Shown here piece by piece: positions 51,589-64,000 of a stretch of 64,000 nucleotides of DNA; position 1 is the first letter of the stretch; each line of letters begins with the position of its first letter. Made by a program: the position numbers and the translations under genes. The notes beneath the pieces are model-generated. The model had not been told where the DNA came from, ran no database searches, and saw only the letters and a program-made list of their open reading frames with translations. The DNA lies in the NCBI RefSeq assembly GCF_022539665.2, contig NC_081333.1, positions 5,580,001-5,644,000 of the forward strand, given 5' to 3'. The stretch is from Daphnia carinata. Its lineage: Eukaryota.

Positions 51589-54500
51589 TTCAATAAACAC
51601 AACTATCATTTAATGACATATCCAATTCATCAATGTTGTCATCATTGAGGTTCAGAGGATGGTCAGGAACAACTGTGGGGAAGGAACTTCGGAGCTTCTC
51701 AACCAATTCTTCAAGTAGCTCATGGCTGGATAACTGGAAAAAGAGGAAATTGTTAATTTTTGTTGATTTTTTTACTTCGAACAGGCCTAATTACTTCATT
51801 CGCTTGGTAGCGAGACCAGAGCGTAAACAAGATGGAGTTCTTGGTGTTGGTTTCATTTTTCCGATGCGCTTTAATCTTGTTGTGAGAAACGAGCTTCTGG
51901 GTAATTTTAACGTCGTCACAAAGCTGCTGGAGTACCATCGTCATCTTATAGAAGGGTAAGTTAGGGCCGCCTGCTAACTGGGAAAAAAGAATGCTAAGTA
52001 TCTTCTTTATTGTGTTTGTAATTTTTAGTACCTTATTCCACATGTGGTGTCCTTCACAATCGTTGTTGGTTCGCAGGAGCAGATTGAAACACGACCAGTT
52101 CTCTGGAATCCAAAACCTACCTTGAATCCAGTTCTTATCCATGTATTCCAGGAGTCTTTCCAATTCCGGCGGTGCTGAGTTCCGCAAAGCGTCAAATACG
52201 GAAGGGATCTTCTCAGCCAAAAAGTAAAATAATAGTTAAACAAATATTCAACACACTGATTTAATATAAATTAAGTGTTAGCTGGAAGATAGGCAAGACA
52301 GAGCAAACGAAATACAAAATCTCGAATAGGATTGGGCCCCTTTTTATTATACGCTGCCGAAAGCTTTATATCGCGAAGCTTCTTAACGATTGCTTGGCAC
52401 CAATGGAAGTTACATCCTTGATGAATGCAATTTCCATAAAGCTTCCGGACGGCGACAAAAATTGCCCTTTCGAAGTCGGTAACGATTCGCTCAACTCTCG
52501 GGAGTGGGATGAAGTCCTGAAGGTAAGGTACACGTTACTTATCAATTGTCTGAAACAGATCATAAATAAACTTTTAAATGTACAATACCTTAATCTTCTC
52601 AAAGACTGAAATATAATCAACCGCCTGCCGTCTGGTCATGCAGCAGAAAAGTAGTGGCACCTGCTTCAGATCTCCCTTCTCGTTTTTTATGTAGCCGTTT
52701 ATGGAGAAAAGCTAGGTGTAACAAAGATTAGCACAAACGCAAAACGGAAAGCTCATAATATAAATTTTACCTGTTTAATAGGATCCTGGATGAAGTGAAA
52801 GGTAGCGTCTATGAACCACGTTTTGCAATCCTCCAATTGTCTTTTCATGACCGAGGTAAAAAATAGCAGGTAGCGTGTTCTCTGGTTTCCAGTTCCAGCA
52901 TAGACCGCTCCTTGATAGAAATCGGGAGGGAAGAATGCCTCTTGTACGTAAAAAAATGGGTCATCCTTTCTAGGGTTAGGCGGAAACATTTCGATCGTTG
53001 GTATCTGCATGAAAATAAACTATTAAGGTAAGTTATTTCATTAATAATTCAGTAATTACCTTAAGCGTCGGGTAGCATTATCGATGTCAGGCATTTCCCT
53101 CCCTGCAATTCCCGATTTATTTTTTATCTCTTCGATAATGATTTGGCTGGGCGCTTTGAATTTTTCCGTCACACATGTCTTTTTAGCATTTTTGAAGATT
53201 GAAACCTAATGCAATAAATTTTTAATCGGAAAATTCATTCTTTGTTTTTATTTTAAATTTATGCTTACCCTCCTGTGGTTTCCGTAATCTGGTGGATGGC
53301 TGTGATTAACTCCGGCGGTGTTGTGTCCCACAGCACAATTCGGTCCCACGGACATCCGTGGTATATCCTATTTGGATAACGGTGACATCTTTCGGACATC
53401 CGTGGAATTGCCTGATCTCCAAGTTGGATGTCCATCGGATACTGACTGAATATTAGAAGACCTCTCGGGAATACGCCGATGGATATCCGAGGGACGTCCT
53501 GCTGGGCGGGAAAAGGACAAGCCTTGAACATGTATCAATTATGCAAAAATACCTTTGTTTTACCAATTAAAATAATTCCAAAATGGCAAATAACGCAAAC
53601 GAAGAAAGAAGTTGAGGGTTCATGAGCACACTAATGTTTTTCTAGCTGAAGGCATTTCTGACTACAGATGGCTCTTCTAATCCTCCCCTCCCCCGCTCCC
53701 AAGAACTGAGTAATGAATTAAGTAAAACAAAACAATTGCATTGTTACGAGAAATTTCTTTGTATTGAGAATGATGACATCAATGCCGCAAGATAACATTT
53801 AACTGTTTACTTCAAACGAGAAAAAAACACCAATCAATTGCATAAAATTAAACAACCCTCGCATTATTTTTTTCTTTTCTTTGCAGTTACGCAGTAAAGC
53901 CTGTCACCTTGATGGCATTCAGTTCTGTTATTATTGGTTCCTTTTCGCGGCCCCTATAATGAAAAATATTAGACACTATTTAAATCTATCACTGTACCCA
54001 TTATACTTTTAATAGATTTACCATCATGATTTTCGGAAGTTCTGTGCAGTCTATTGTTATCACAGTTTCCATTACATTTCAATAATGGGCTGTTTGAAAT
54101 GGGTGGAATGTGATTTTCAGAAGCATTTGAAATATTTGATGACCAATGATTTCCTCTGCAGTCTACATAACAAACAAACAAACAAAATAAAAATCCAAAA
54201 CATAAAAGCTGTATACATAAGTTTGACTAGTATATACTACCATTATTCATTCTCAACCTCTTTTCCTTGTTAGTACATACATTATTATTGCAACTATTTA
54301 AGGTAGAAAATCAAGTAATGAATTTGACGAACGCTCAACTGGTGTGCCTTGTAAAAAAATAGACAAAATGAGCGTTAGCTTAAAATTGTAAGTGGAACTG
54401 GGAATTCTAATAGAAGTTTTATTTTGTATATTATGTGAATTTTACTTAGTAGTTACCTATACGAAACGGCAGGGGCAAAGAAGTTGGAGGTGGGGACTCC

Positions 54501-57441
54501 TCTTCGGAATCGTTTAACAAAGCACCCTGTCAACACCAAGAAAAAAAATTAATTTAATTACGCGTAAGCAAAGATCAATTGCCAAAAAAATAATTAGAAA
54601 TAGTAAAAGCTTTCAAGCGTCCTGAAGAACTGATTAAAACATCGTTGGCCAAAACCCCTTATCAACGCTCGCGATAAAAGAAAATTAACTAAGACAAAAA
54701 CAAAGATCAATGGCCAAAAACAGTAATAAGAAATAACAGAAGCATTAGAGCGGCTGGTAAAAATAGTTTAAAAAATTGTCGGGTAAAGCCCCCTTTCGAA
54801 ACCCACAAAGAAAAAAAGAAATTATTAAGGCTTAAAAAAAGTTCAGTTTAAAAAAATGAAAAGAATTAATAAAAGCATTAAGTGGAGTGAAGAAACAAAG
54901 CAATTCATCACGCATGGAAAAGTAATACACCCCATAATTTAAATAATAGTTAAATAACTCTTTCTGAAGTATTTCTAATCCTAGTCGGCCTATGTCCCGA
55001 CTAAGATATCTATCTAACTGAAGGTCCACTGACCTGGGCCAGACAATTGGTTTCACGACGACACTGTGAAACCAATCCCGATACCTGTGCCCATTGAGGT
55101 GACAAGTCTCAATGCCCTTAAACTTATAGTGACAATGCCAGCACTCGAACCGTTGCCTATCCGTTCCGAGCCTGATACACTGTGTCTGGGATCGGCCCAG
55201 CACTAGTAAAATGAATAATGTACTTACGGCTTGAGATTCCATTTGAATAATCCAAAATATGAAGGGGCCTCAGTAGGAATAGAGGCGGGCAGCTGGGCAG
55301 GAACAGAGCGGGCCGCTGGACAGGTCCGTCAGAAGCACTTACGCAGAGAAAACAATCAGGATTGACCCTGTTAACACTAATTCGGGAGACGGCACTAGCC
55401 CACAGAATAAAAGATGCACTAAATCAGTTGCAAACGAGAAAAGTTTCTAACGCGAAGTTCACTAAATGTTGCACCAAAAACTCCTGAAATAGCACACACA
55501 CGACACCAACAATAACCTTCACCATATACAACTCAACAATGACTGGCTGAAATTGAGTCCGCATGCGAAAATTGGGAATTCGAAACTACCATTATTTGCC
55601 ATTTCAGTAGTCTTTCCCTAAACACCGGTGAATGGTTTCTTTTCAAAAATCCTTTTATAGAACAACTTTCATTATTGAAGCAGTTTTTTACACGGAGATT
55701 GTTTAAATATTAGTGTAAGTTTGTAAAATCTGTTTCAAATAATAATTGCGAATTACTTAAAGAACAGCCAAAAAAAATATGGCAAACACTGGGTAACCTG
55801 TCGATGCTAAGCTTCAATTCAGTTGGCGTCTGCGCGAGTGAGGCAGCAAAAGGATATCAGGCAAGTTTACATTTACAGTTGTTTTTTTTTGGTTAACGTG
55901 ACATTTTTCTTATGTATGTTCAAAATTGAGTAAGATTTGATGACGTAAATATATGACAATCTACAATGTGTTATGTAGTGTGTTTAACATTTTGTCATGT
56001 CATTTGCCGTGGTCTAATTTTTAATAAAATAATTTTTTTCAACGAGAGTTCAATTTTATAACGAACATTTTTACGTATGGTCATCCTTAACAAAGCTTTT
56101 TCATTATGAATCCAAATCTAAAAGGCCTTTTCGAAAACGATTTAAAACATGGTTAATTTTTTTTAACAACGTTTATTTCGAAAAAAGAAATAATATTTGA
56201 AACTTATCTTTGCTGTTGTAGGGACGTCCTCAGGACCTTGTTTTGGCACCTCCACCGGGCTTCAAATTCTAATAGCCGACGGACATCCATGGAACAACCC
56301 GATATGGCGCAGGATATCTAACGGATGTTCGGATCACAGTCGGACATCTGACGGCAGAGATGTGCTATGTGGGGTGGCTTTTCCTGGAAATCTTGCTGGT
56401 CATAGTGATCAAAGAAATTGATGGAACTGGAAATTTTTTGGGTCACTGTTGCTTTGCAAGGGTCCTTAGCAAAACGTGAACTACCGCGCCAAGTAAATAG
56501 TTTCCCGCTGATCCTTTTCTTCGTAAAGCAATAACCTTTGAACGACAAAAAAGTTAAATTGTGTTTTGAAGGAAAAAGGATTTAAAATTAATTACCCAAT
56601 CCATTGGTTAGTTTAACCTTTCCCTTGTTTGAACCTTCCTTTTGAATCTTAAAATTTGGCTGCGATAGCACTTCAAATGAAGATTTCTGTAAAAGGGAAA
56701 AGTTTTGATGAAAAGCAATGCTATTAGATTAGTAAATGAAATTTACTTCCAGTATGGACTCAATTGGTTCCACAGGCGGTTCAGGCCGAATACCGTCACT
56801 CTCATGAGCTGGCCTAGGAACGGTTGTTTGAGTAGGAGAGCCTGGAGACGGAAGCAATGGATCAGCTCTGCGGACTTGGCCATGTCGTCTTCGGCGTGGT
56901 GGGGCAACAGGTGGAGTACCAGGAGGAGACCTAAGTACAGATGTCAATAGAAAAATAGGAGAAATTCAATTTTCTAATGGAGAAAGACGACAAGTTGGGG
57001 TGATTTGAGGGGAAGAGTGTGGTGGGTCATCCTTATCCGCAGCAACAGGTTCATTGTTGCGCCTTTTAGCGACATGTGAAGGGTCAAGGATCTTCCTGCG
57101 ACTTAAAATTTCTCTTTGGACGCCCGGTAATTACACCATCAACTTCCAAGCAAGCACTTGGGCCGGCCGCCGCTTCACTGGCATGTTCTACACCACTAGC
57201 ACCACTAGCACTATACCTCATCACGGCCACCTACAACTTTATCAACATCTTCAATACCAGTGCACTTAGCACAATGGTAGCTGCTAGAGAAATCTTTCCA
57301 GGTAGGTGAAACACCTCTATGAAAAATCACTCCGCAACAGGCCCGATGGACTGGGACTTGACACACAAGACAGCAACAGAATTGTTTCTCAACGGAAACA
57401 ACAGTATCGCAGCTAGAACAACGATTATTAGATGGAGCCAT
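51589..57441 (-). pseudogene. Multi-exon MULE transposase with N-terminal PHD-like and FLYWCH fingers
   Basis: CSSC..CLVC...HRAC..CAKC; GYCF..WR.S...CKA...NHSHPP; WFIDATF; VTDFERAI; GCNFHWCQA; RTNNDCEG; ~60-bp GT-AG introns. Confidence 0.9.
53327..56373. mobile_element. CACTA/EnSpm-like non-autonomous element inserted in the FLYWCH exon
   Basis: Termini CCCACAGCAC...GTGCTATGTGGG; 2-bp TSD GT; removal restores the frame QEKPHNTAGVNHSHPP. Confidence 0.88.
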
Positions 57442-60400
57442 GATAGTAGTGCAAGACCAAAACAAAGACTATTACCTTTTCAGGAACCAACACTTCTATT
57501 TTATACTGCTCATGTTGTTTGAAGGAGTAGCCATTGCGCCACATGCATCACCTGTCCACTGCATTGTCCCTTTGTTGCTCACCGCAGAATATCTTATTCT
57601 CGGGGGAAAACTCTAAGCTCAGGTATTTCCTCAACCCCACCATACCTTTCAAGTTTAAACCTTAAACCACAAATGATCCCTTGTATATATCCGCTTTAAC
57701 ATCCGCCTCCAGAAGAAAATCCATCTGTACTTGTACTGATTTCCGATTCTTTTGTAATCAAGCATGATTCATCCTCTTCCATAAACCATGCAATGCAGAT
57801 ATCTATATATAATTCTAATATATGTTAACTTTTTCCTGAAAATGACTATAATTATTAAAATCGCAACTGTTGAAGTAAAGAAAACATATTCATAAGCAAA
57901 ATTATATTGTTGCTTACAAATACTGGGGAAAGGAAAAATAAAAAGAGCATATAAGGTTTAATAGTATAATTAAAGTTGTTGTTCACAGTTACATCTGTAT
58001 TTAACTTAGATTTAAAAGAATTAGATCGCTACAATCGATTTGGGTGTGAACAATAATTTCCGTCTGACCGGAATGCCACCTCAAATGAAGAGAGGAGCCT
58101 TCTCTCGTTGGAAAAACAACAACGCGTCGGTTGGAATTCATTACTAGAAAGTTTTAATGTTTTGACTTTTAATCACTTCAAGTTTAATTTGACTAAAGGT
58201 GAAGTATGACTTTAAACGCGCGAGATTTTAACAAATTCCTAATGTATATGACAAATGGATGTTAATTTATATTTTTAAAATACCACACATGCACGATGGC
58301 AACCTGGCGTTGCTGTGACATGTTTAACAATCGACAATTACGTCCATTTTTTTCTGTGACAGGACGGACCAGATTTTCCCGTTACCGACATTAATAGACT
58401 CAACGGTTAGAACGAGGCCTTTTGTCAGGAAACAGCAGCAAATGACAAACGATTTCGGTCAAGAGGAAGAAACAAATTATTTTCGTTCGGCAACAAAACA
58501 TTTGTATGGGTAGTGTAAGGAAGGGCCAACCGTACTCCTTACCTTCCCCTCTCGTTCCCACGCTTGCAACCCTTTTCCCCCCTCTTCCACCAACAGGTCA
58601 TCTGCCGATGGCTCTGGCCTTCAAACTTGTCAATTCTTCACATAGGTGTTACATTTACACGCAGAATATTTATTCCCGTTGGGACGCCTAATCCTAAATG
58701 ACCTTGCTTCTCCGTATAAATGTTGTCCTGTTTCCAGATTGTCAATAGTGTACTTTTAACTTACAAGCAGTGTGTTTCTAGCTTTTGGTAGCTCAGCTTC
58801 AGTCCAATTTCAAGTGCCATCACAGGCAGTCTACCTTTACTCTTCCGTAAGTCTTCAGTCTTCACAAACACTTGTACCACAGTGCAACAATACAACGCAT
58901 CATCACTGTTCCTCCCATTCTCCAATATTTTAAAAGTAAGGAAGAGAGTTAGATTTTCGAACCTTACAGTATGTTTGGTAGGGATATGGTGTTTACTACA
59001 TTTGACGGCGGTTCGGATTGTTGATACATGCCATATCTGTCCAGCATTCTCGTGCATTGTGTGCTCTTTAATTCCCCTATCCTCCTAGTGTATCCTATTC
59101 CAAAGTGTGTCGGGGGTGTTTTGTTGGTGTGGTCGTGGCTGTCGATATTGATGAGAATAGGCTGGGTTTTGATGATACACCTGTTGATTGTTGTGTGGTT
59201 GAAAGTTCGGTCGATTTTAGTGTATCGGTCTGTTGCTGTATGGAGGTCTCTGTGTTTGTTGATAAGTTGGGTAATTGGATTGTCTATACCCCATGGAGGT
59301 ACCATCTCTTCGTGGTGAATTATAGTTGTTGCGGTATGGGCTGTTTTTTCTGCTACGACTGAAGTTTCTTGCACTACTGGAACCTGTACTATTTGGTCTT
59401 TCGTGAAATCGTACTCGCGGATTTTGTGGTCTGGAATATAGATTGCTTGATCGCGAAGATCGTTGTTCGTATTGATCTGCTGCTACTAGTGTTATATCGG
59501 TATCCTGTGACAATTCACGATTCTGATTAGTATTTTCCAGTTCACGAATATTTTGTTTTAGGAATTCAATTTCTGTCTTTTGTTATGAAAGTTTGTTATG
59601 TTTTTGTTTCTCGTGATGCGTTATCCCTGCAATTACCGCGTCTATTTCTTTGTTTTCTGCAGTCTCCTTGCTATGTAGGATGCCTTCGGATATGATTAGT
59701 TGTTTATATAACTGGTCGAAGTCTTCAGGGTCTTGAGACAATCTGAAATAGAGTTAAGCTTGGAATTTTGGTAAAATGCCTTGCATCAGAATTTTGATTT
59801 TGGTATGATTTCTCTTTTTCTTGACTGTGTTTATGAGTCGACCTTCGACGATGGTTTGGTTTTGTTCCGATTTTTCTTCTTTGCCTTCAATAGACTCGTA
59901 GAGGCTGTTGGTTCTTGAAATAAAGGCTTTGCATTTCTCTTCAGGTTTCTGTTTTAGCGTCGACAACTTTTCCTTTCTGCTGCTAAATCATGTGCATCCT
60001 GGAACCTTGCAATGATGGCGGTTTTCCACTCGTCGTAATTTAAATCGTCACCCTGCTCTTCTACGTAGTTTCCGTGCCATTTTAGGGCATCGCCATTTAG
60101 TCTGTCAGAGAAGAATCGTATTCTTTGGTTGTCATCCCAATCGTTGTTACGTGCTACATGTTCTGCGTCCTTCAGCCATTCTGTTATTAGTTGATCAGTA
60201 CTTTTGCCTTTGAAAATTGGAATTTACTTTTTATCTTCTCTGGAGAATAATTCTTCCAACGCTTTTACGATTGGTTGGGTTGTGGTTGTATCGAAGTTAT
60301 CCGTGTCTGCTTTGTCCCAGTCCCATTTTGATTTTTTGTTTGTGAGTCTGATACTTGTGATCTAGTTGAAGGAGGTTATCGTTTTTGATCTAGATTTGGT

Positions 60401-62122
60401 TTTTTAGGTCGTCGTTGAGTTTCTGTAGCTTGGCGATTTGTTCTGATTTTTGGTCGTTTATTTCACTTACTACTTTCGTTATTTCTCCTGGTTCGATTGA
60501 GTTGTTTAGATCTTCGGTTTCAACAAATGTTACCTATTGTTTCTTATAATGTTTTATTCGGTTCTCTAGATACCTGATTTTTTCTTCTCGTTCGCCTGTC
60601 TGTTTATTTATCTCCTGTAATTCCTTTTCAAGGTTTTTATTTTTTGCTGTGATATCTATCAGACTTTTCCGTAGCCCAATCTTTTCGGTTAAGGTCTTCT
60701 CATATCGATAATTCGTTATCGTCCACTTAAATGAAACACTAAACTTGCGAGTCCTACGTTGTGTAATTATCAAATCCTTGAAAAGACGAAGATGGAGTTG
60801 GATGATAATGGATACACAGACAAAACTGAGTTTTGACAGAGAGGGTTTGAGAAAGGGAGAATCGTCACCCGTTTATGGCTGTTTCGTCAGACTAACTGAT
60901 CATCAACCGGGTAGCAACTAACCGAGACGAGAGAAACAAAAGAAGAGCGAGTTTGACCGCGTGGTTTTAGGGTGGCAAATTAGGGTAGACGTCAATTACG
61001 GGTGGAAGAATGGAAAGGGTGGAAAGATTGTGAAAGGGTTGAGAAGTAAAGGACGACATAGTTGCGGAATATGGAAGATATTTTCTGACATTTCAAGGAT
61101 TTCTTTTGTTACCTTTGTTTCTTTCTGAAGTTGTTTGTTTGTTTCCAAGGCTGCTTTTATGTGTTGCTCGGCGGTTTCTAACCTCATAACCAGTTGTCTT
61201 ATTTCACCTGCAAGCTTGCTAATTATTTCTTGCACTTCTCTCTCAACGGCTATGTTGTTTTCTTCTCTTTTCCTTAAAAGGTTTTACGATTGGCTTTCTG
61301 TTACTGTGGTGGTTTCAAAACTGCGTTCTAATTCGTTGATTCGGTTGTTATCTTTTTCAACAGAGTCCTTGAGTGCTTCGTTACTTTCTTGGAGTTGCTC
61401 GAGGAAACGGTCTATTATGTATGTATTCGTAAAAAAATGTATTTGGAACTCTTTGCCTTTTTCTTGTTGCTATCTAGCTGTTTTCGCAAGCTCTGTAACT
61501 CGGAGTTGAGGTCAGACGAATATCTTTCCTCTGCAATCTGCGCAAGTACTACTTCCTTTTGAAAACCTCTGATGGTACCGAATAGGAATTCCTTTTCTTT
61601 AACATGCACGATGTTAATCTGCTGTAATAGACTGTCAAGGTTTTCGGTGTTGCCACCGAGGGATACTTCGTGGTCTTTAAGTGTCTTTGTGGTATTTGTA
61701 ATAGTTTCTGCTGTTATATCACTTGGTACTTGCAACGTTTGTTCTAACAATGAATATGATTACAATTGCAATGCATTGTCTGTCTCTTTGCTAACTTCTT
61801 GCTTCTTTGATTCTATTTGTTGGATATTCGTCCACGAGAGTTTTCCAGTGGTCCAAAAAAATTTGACAGTTGGGATTTTGCCTGGTTGTGTCTGATTTGG
61901 GGAGTACAGGGTACAAAGGTGGGGATAGTTCGTCGACAACGTTTGGATACAAGGTATTCTCTTTACGGGTAGTCTCTGGTGCAATATGATCAAGCGGCAT
62001 TCGCTTACCTTTGATGGTGTTTCCTTGGTCTGGTAAAGTTGTTGGAGACTCGTCAGGGAAGTGTAGAGTACAACACTAAAATAAGGTACGGGTGAGAAAC
62101 TTTTTACTGGACAAGAAGTTTT

Positions 62123-62141
62123 AATCTCGTTGGGACCTCCA
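62123..62141 (-). promoter_or_regulatory. Primer-binding site, tRNA-Gln
   Basis: TGGAGGTCCCAACGAGATT, one mismatch to the recalled complement of the tRNA-Gln 3' end, 2 nt from the LTR. Confidence 0.8.
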
Positions 62142-62143
62142 AT

Positions 62144-62346
62144 TGTCCAAAGTTTCAAACCTGGTGTATTTTCAGTGAGTTGTCAAAACAACTCCAAATT
62201 ACAAGTTACAAACATGCGGTATTTATACCACGGTAGGACACAAATATCAAGGTAAAGTAGCAGGGGCTACATTCATTTTCACTTGTTAAACACTTGAGGA
62301 ATGTAAAAGGTGTGGCTTTCTTTGGTTAGCCTTTGGGCTCGTTACA
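62144..62346 (-). repeat. Gypsy 3 5' LTR
   Basis: TGTAAC...GGACA, internal TATAAA, adjacent PBS. Confidence 0.8.
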
Positions 62347-62719
62347 TTAAGTTTAAACATAACGATGGTCCATTGTGCAAAACTTCAAGGATTACAATCA
62401 ATTTAAACAAATTAATTTTAAAGCTTACAGTGTAACAAACAAGACAGGAGATCATTGCGTTTTTAATAGCAAAGACGTTGTAATAATGGAGAATGTTCTT
62501 GAAAGATATGGAGAAGATTTTGTGATTGGCAAGCATTTTCTTTCGTTAGCAAATTTCTTTCCTGATACGTTTGATTCCACTGATTTCGATATTTTCAAAT
62601 GGCAAAATTTTTCACATTTTATGCAATGCTGGCCCATCAACTAAATAGCATCTAAATTGTATCTGATGTCCATTCCAACCAGCAATAATCTTGTAGCATT
62701 TTCCCTTGAAAACTTGTGA
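62347..62719 (+). pseudogene. C-terminal fragment of a probable EnSpm/CACTA transposase
   Basis: GDHCVF..VVIMENV..VIGKHF...FFP..FDS..DIF...W....IASK...P pattern resembles animal EnSpm transposase tails; cut by the Gypsy 3 LTR. Confidence 0.55.
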
Positions 62720-63452
62720 ATATATGTCAGATATCAAAATTTTTCAACGAGCTGCTTAGATGTACTTACTTTCTTACCTAGTCTTTCTTTTCTCAACTAA
62801 TCTAAATACTCTACGGTATCTAATTTTATTTTTTTATTTTTTTTTTCCTTGTAAGTTACAAAATGATTGAAAAGGAAAGATGTGCAGGGGGCCCAGTAAG
62901 GTCAAGTTACCGTAGTCGTCAAGCAAAATAACTCGATGACCACGTCGATGCTAGAGAATGAAATTTCAACATTATTAAGCATTCCGAAAAGGCCAAGTGT
63001 GAAATGTGAAAATATTCAGATTCAGAAAAGAAAGAGTGCTAAATGTAAGGAAGGGTCTTCTGTGGTTAAGGAGAGAATACGGAAACATATTTGGAGACAA
63101 GCAATGAAAATGATGAAAGAGAAGTGATTATCGAAATTGCCTAATTAAAGATAATACTAATAGCGGCAAGTAAGGTCAAAGTATAGTTGGACGTGTAAAT
63201 CGAGGACGGGGCGGAATTGGAAGCAACGGTGTAAGCGGAAGTTGTGGACGTGGTGGTAGAGGAAATCGTGGACGCGGAGGTAGTGGAAGTCGTGGAAGTG
63301 CTGATATGAAAAATCAAGAAAGAGTAGATAGCGGAAGTCAAGAACAAACTAAAAACGGACATCGTGTTGCAGGTGGAAGTGAGTATCATGGACGGAAAGG
63401 AAGTGGAAATGTGTTTTATATGAATGGGAATGAAAAAAGGGGTAATAGTATT

Positions 63453-64000
63453 TGTTACTGACTCCCCGTGCTGGGAGAGTAACAGGGAAAGATGAGAGAG
63501 ATGGATGATGAAAGCGAATGAATGGAGAGATTATTCGGGGAACTGACAGACACTTTATTTCTGATTGAGTGAGGGACAAAGGATTGAAATACAAAAGCAA
63601 TTGACAATCTACTGCTGGAAAAAAGCGAGACGACTGTTTCTGGATGTATACTTAAAGCCACTGAACTCAACCCTCAAAACACGGAACAAAGAAAACAAAT
63701 AAAAACAAGCCTCACTAACATGTAGACCCGTGCCCCCTACAGCCCTGCCCGCGCCGTAGGTGACAGTGGGACCCAACGTGACAATAGATGTAATAGAAAA
63801 CAAGGAGACAAATAACTTCAAAGGCAACTGACAACTTAACTTGTACAAAGAAGAAGCATATGAAGAATATGTAGTTTCCGTTTTCCCCTTGTGAGGGACC
63901 GTCTTCAATGATTTGGGAGTTCCTTATACGCCTTCATCGGCCGACTCAGAATTTGATGGTGATTCTGCGTGTTACACAGCGTTAAACGTCGGGGGTGAGG
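63453..64000 (-). mobile_element. 3' end of a second BEL/Pao element (LTR 63453-63720, 3' UTR, end of extra ORF)
   Basis: 63721-63780 is the reverse complement of 6440-6506; LTR TGTT...GAGTCAGTAACA; peptide PRRLTLCNTQNHHQIL. Confidence 0.85.

Larger units (their letters stand above)
58980..62346 (-). mobile_element. Gypsy element 3: 5' LTR, PBS and decayed gag only
   Basis: Coiled-coil region, then capsid-like IPIFKG...EWLKDAEHVARNNDWDD...LNGDALKWH...LKQKPEE; decayed knuckle near 59040; no pol seen. Confidence 0.82.

Noticed and set aside
54832..55242. 136-aa ORF inside the CACTA-like element
   Set aside because: No recognisable domain; cannot support a product
60762..61000. Possible solo LTR (TGTAATT...AATTACG) within Gypsy 3 gag
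   Set aside because: Terminal CA absent, flanks GTTG/GGTG imperfect, and non-gag sequence seems to extend further; boundaries unsupported
63141..63420. Ser/Thr-rich ORF on the minus strand and RGG-rich frame on the plus strand
   Set aside because: Low-complexity purine-rich DNA; no assignable product

Overview
Eukaryotic, repeat-dense, heterochromatin-like DNA, probably pericentromeric. The short ~60-bp introns and element types suggest an arthropod such as Daphnia (inference). No intact host gene was found. From left to right: (1) A decayed BEL/Pao LTR retrotransposon (1-6810) with an extra Zn-knuckle ORF. It sits inside (2) a decayed Gypsy element (6811-17862) with a class III-like viral glycoprotein gene, itself interrupted by a MULE-type MITE, a second TIR element and a solo LTR. 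(3) A ~12-kb array of a 70-bp satellite (19531-41647), split by a two-LTR Gypsy element with an F-type env (20606-30076, containing a truncated hAT) and by a solo LTR. (4) An ~8-kb long-TIR Pack-MULE-like unit (41741-49737) carrying intron-containing fragments of AKT and AIF, three intronic C/D snoRNA copies and a second MITE copy. (5) A spliced PHD-FLYWCH-MULE transposase pseudogene interrupted by a CACTA-like element. (6) A third Gypsy 5' end, an EnSpm-like transposase fragment and the 3' end of a second BEL/Pao element. All family assignments come from motifs read by eye; no database search was run.
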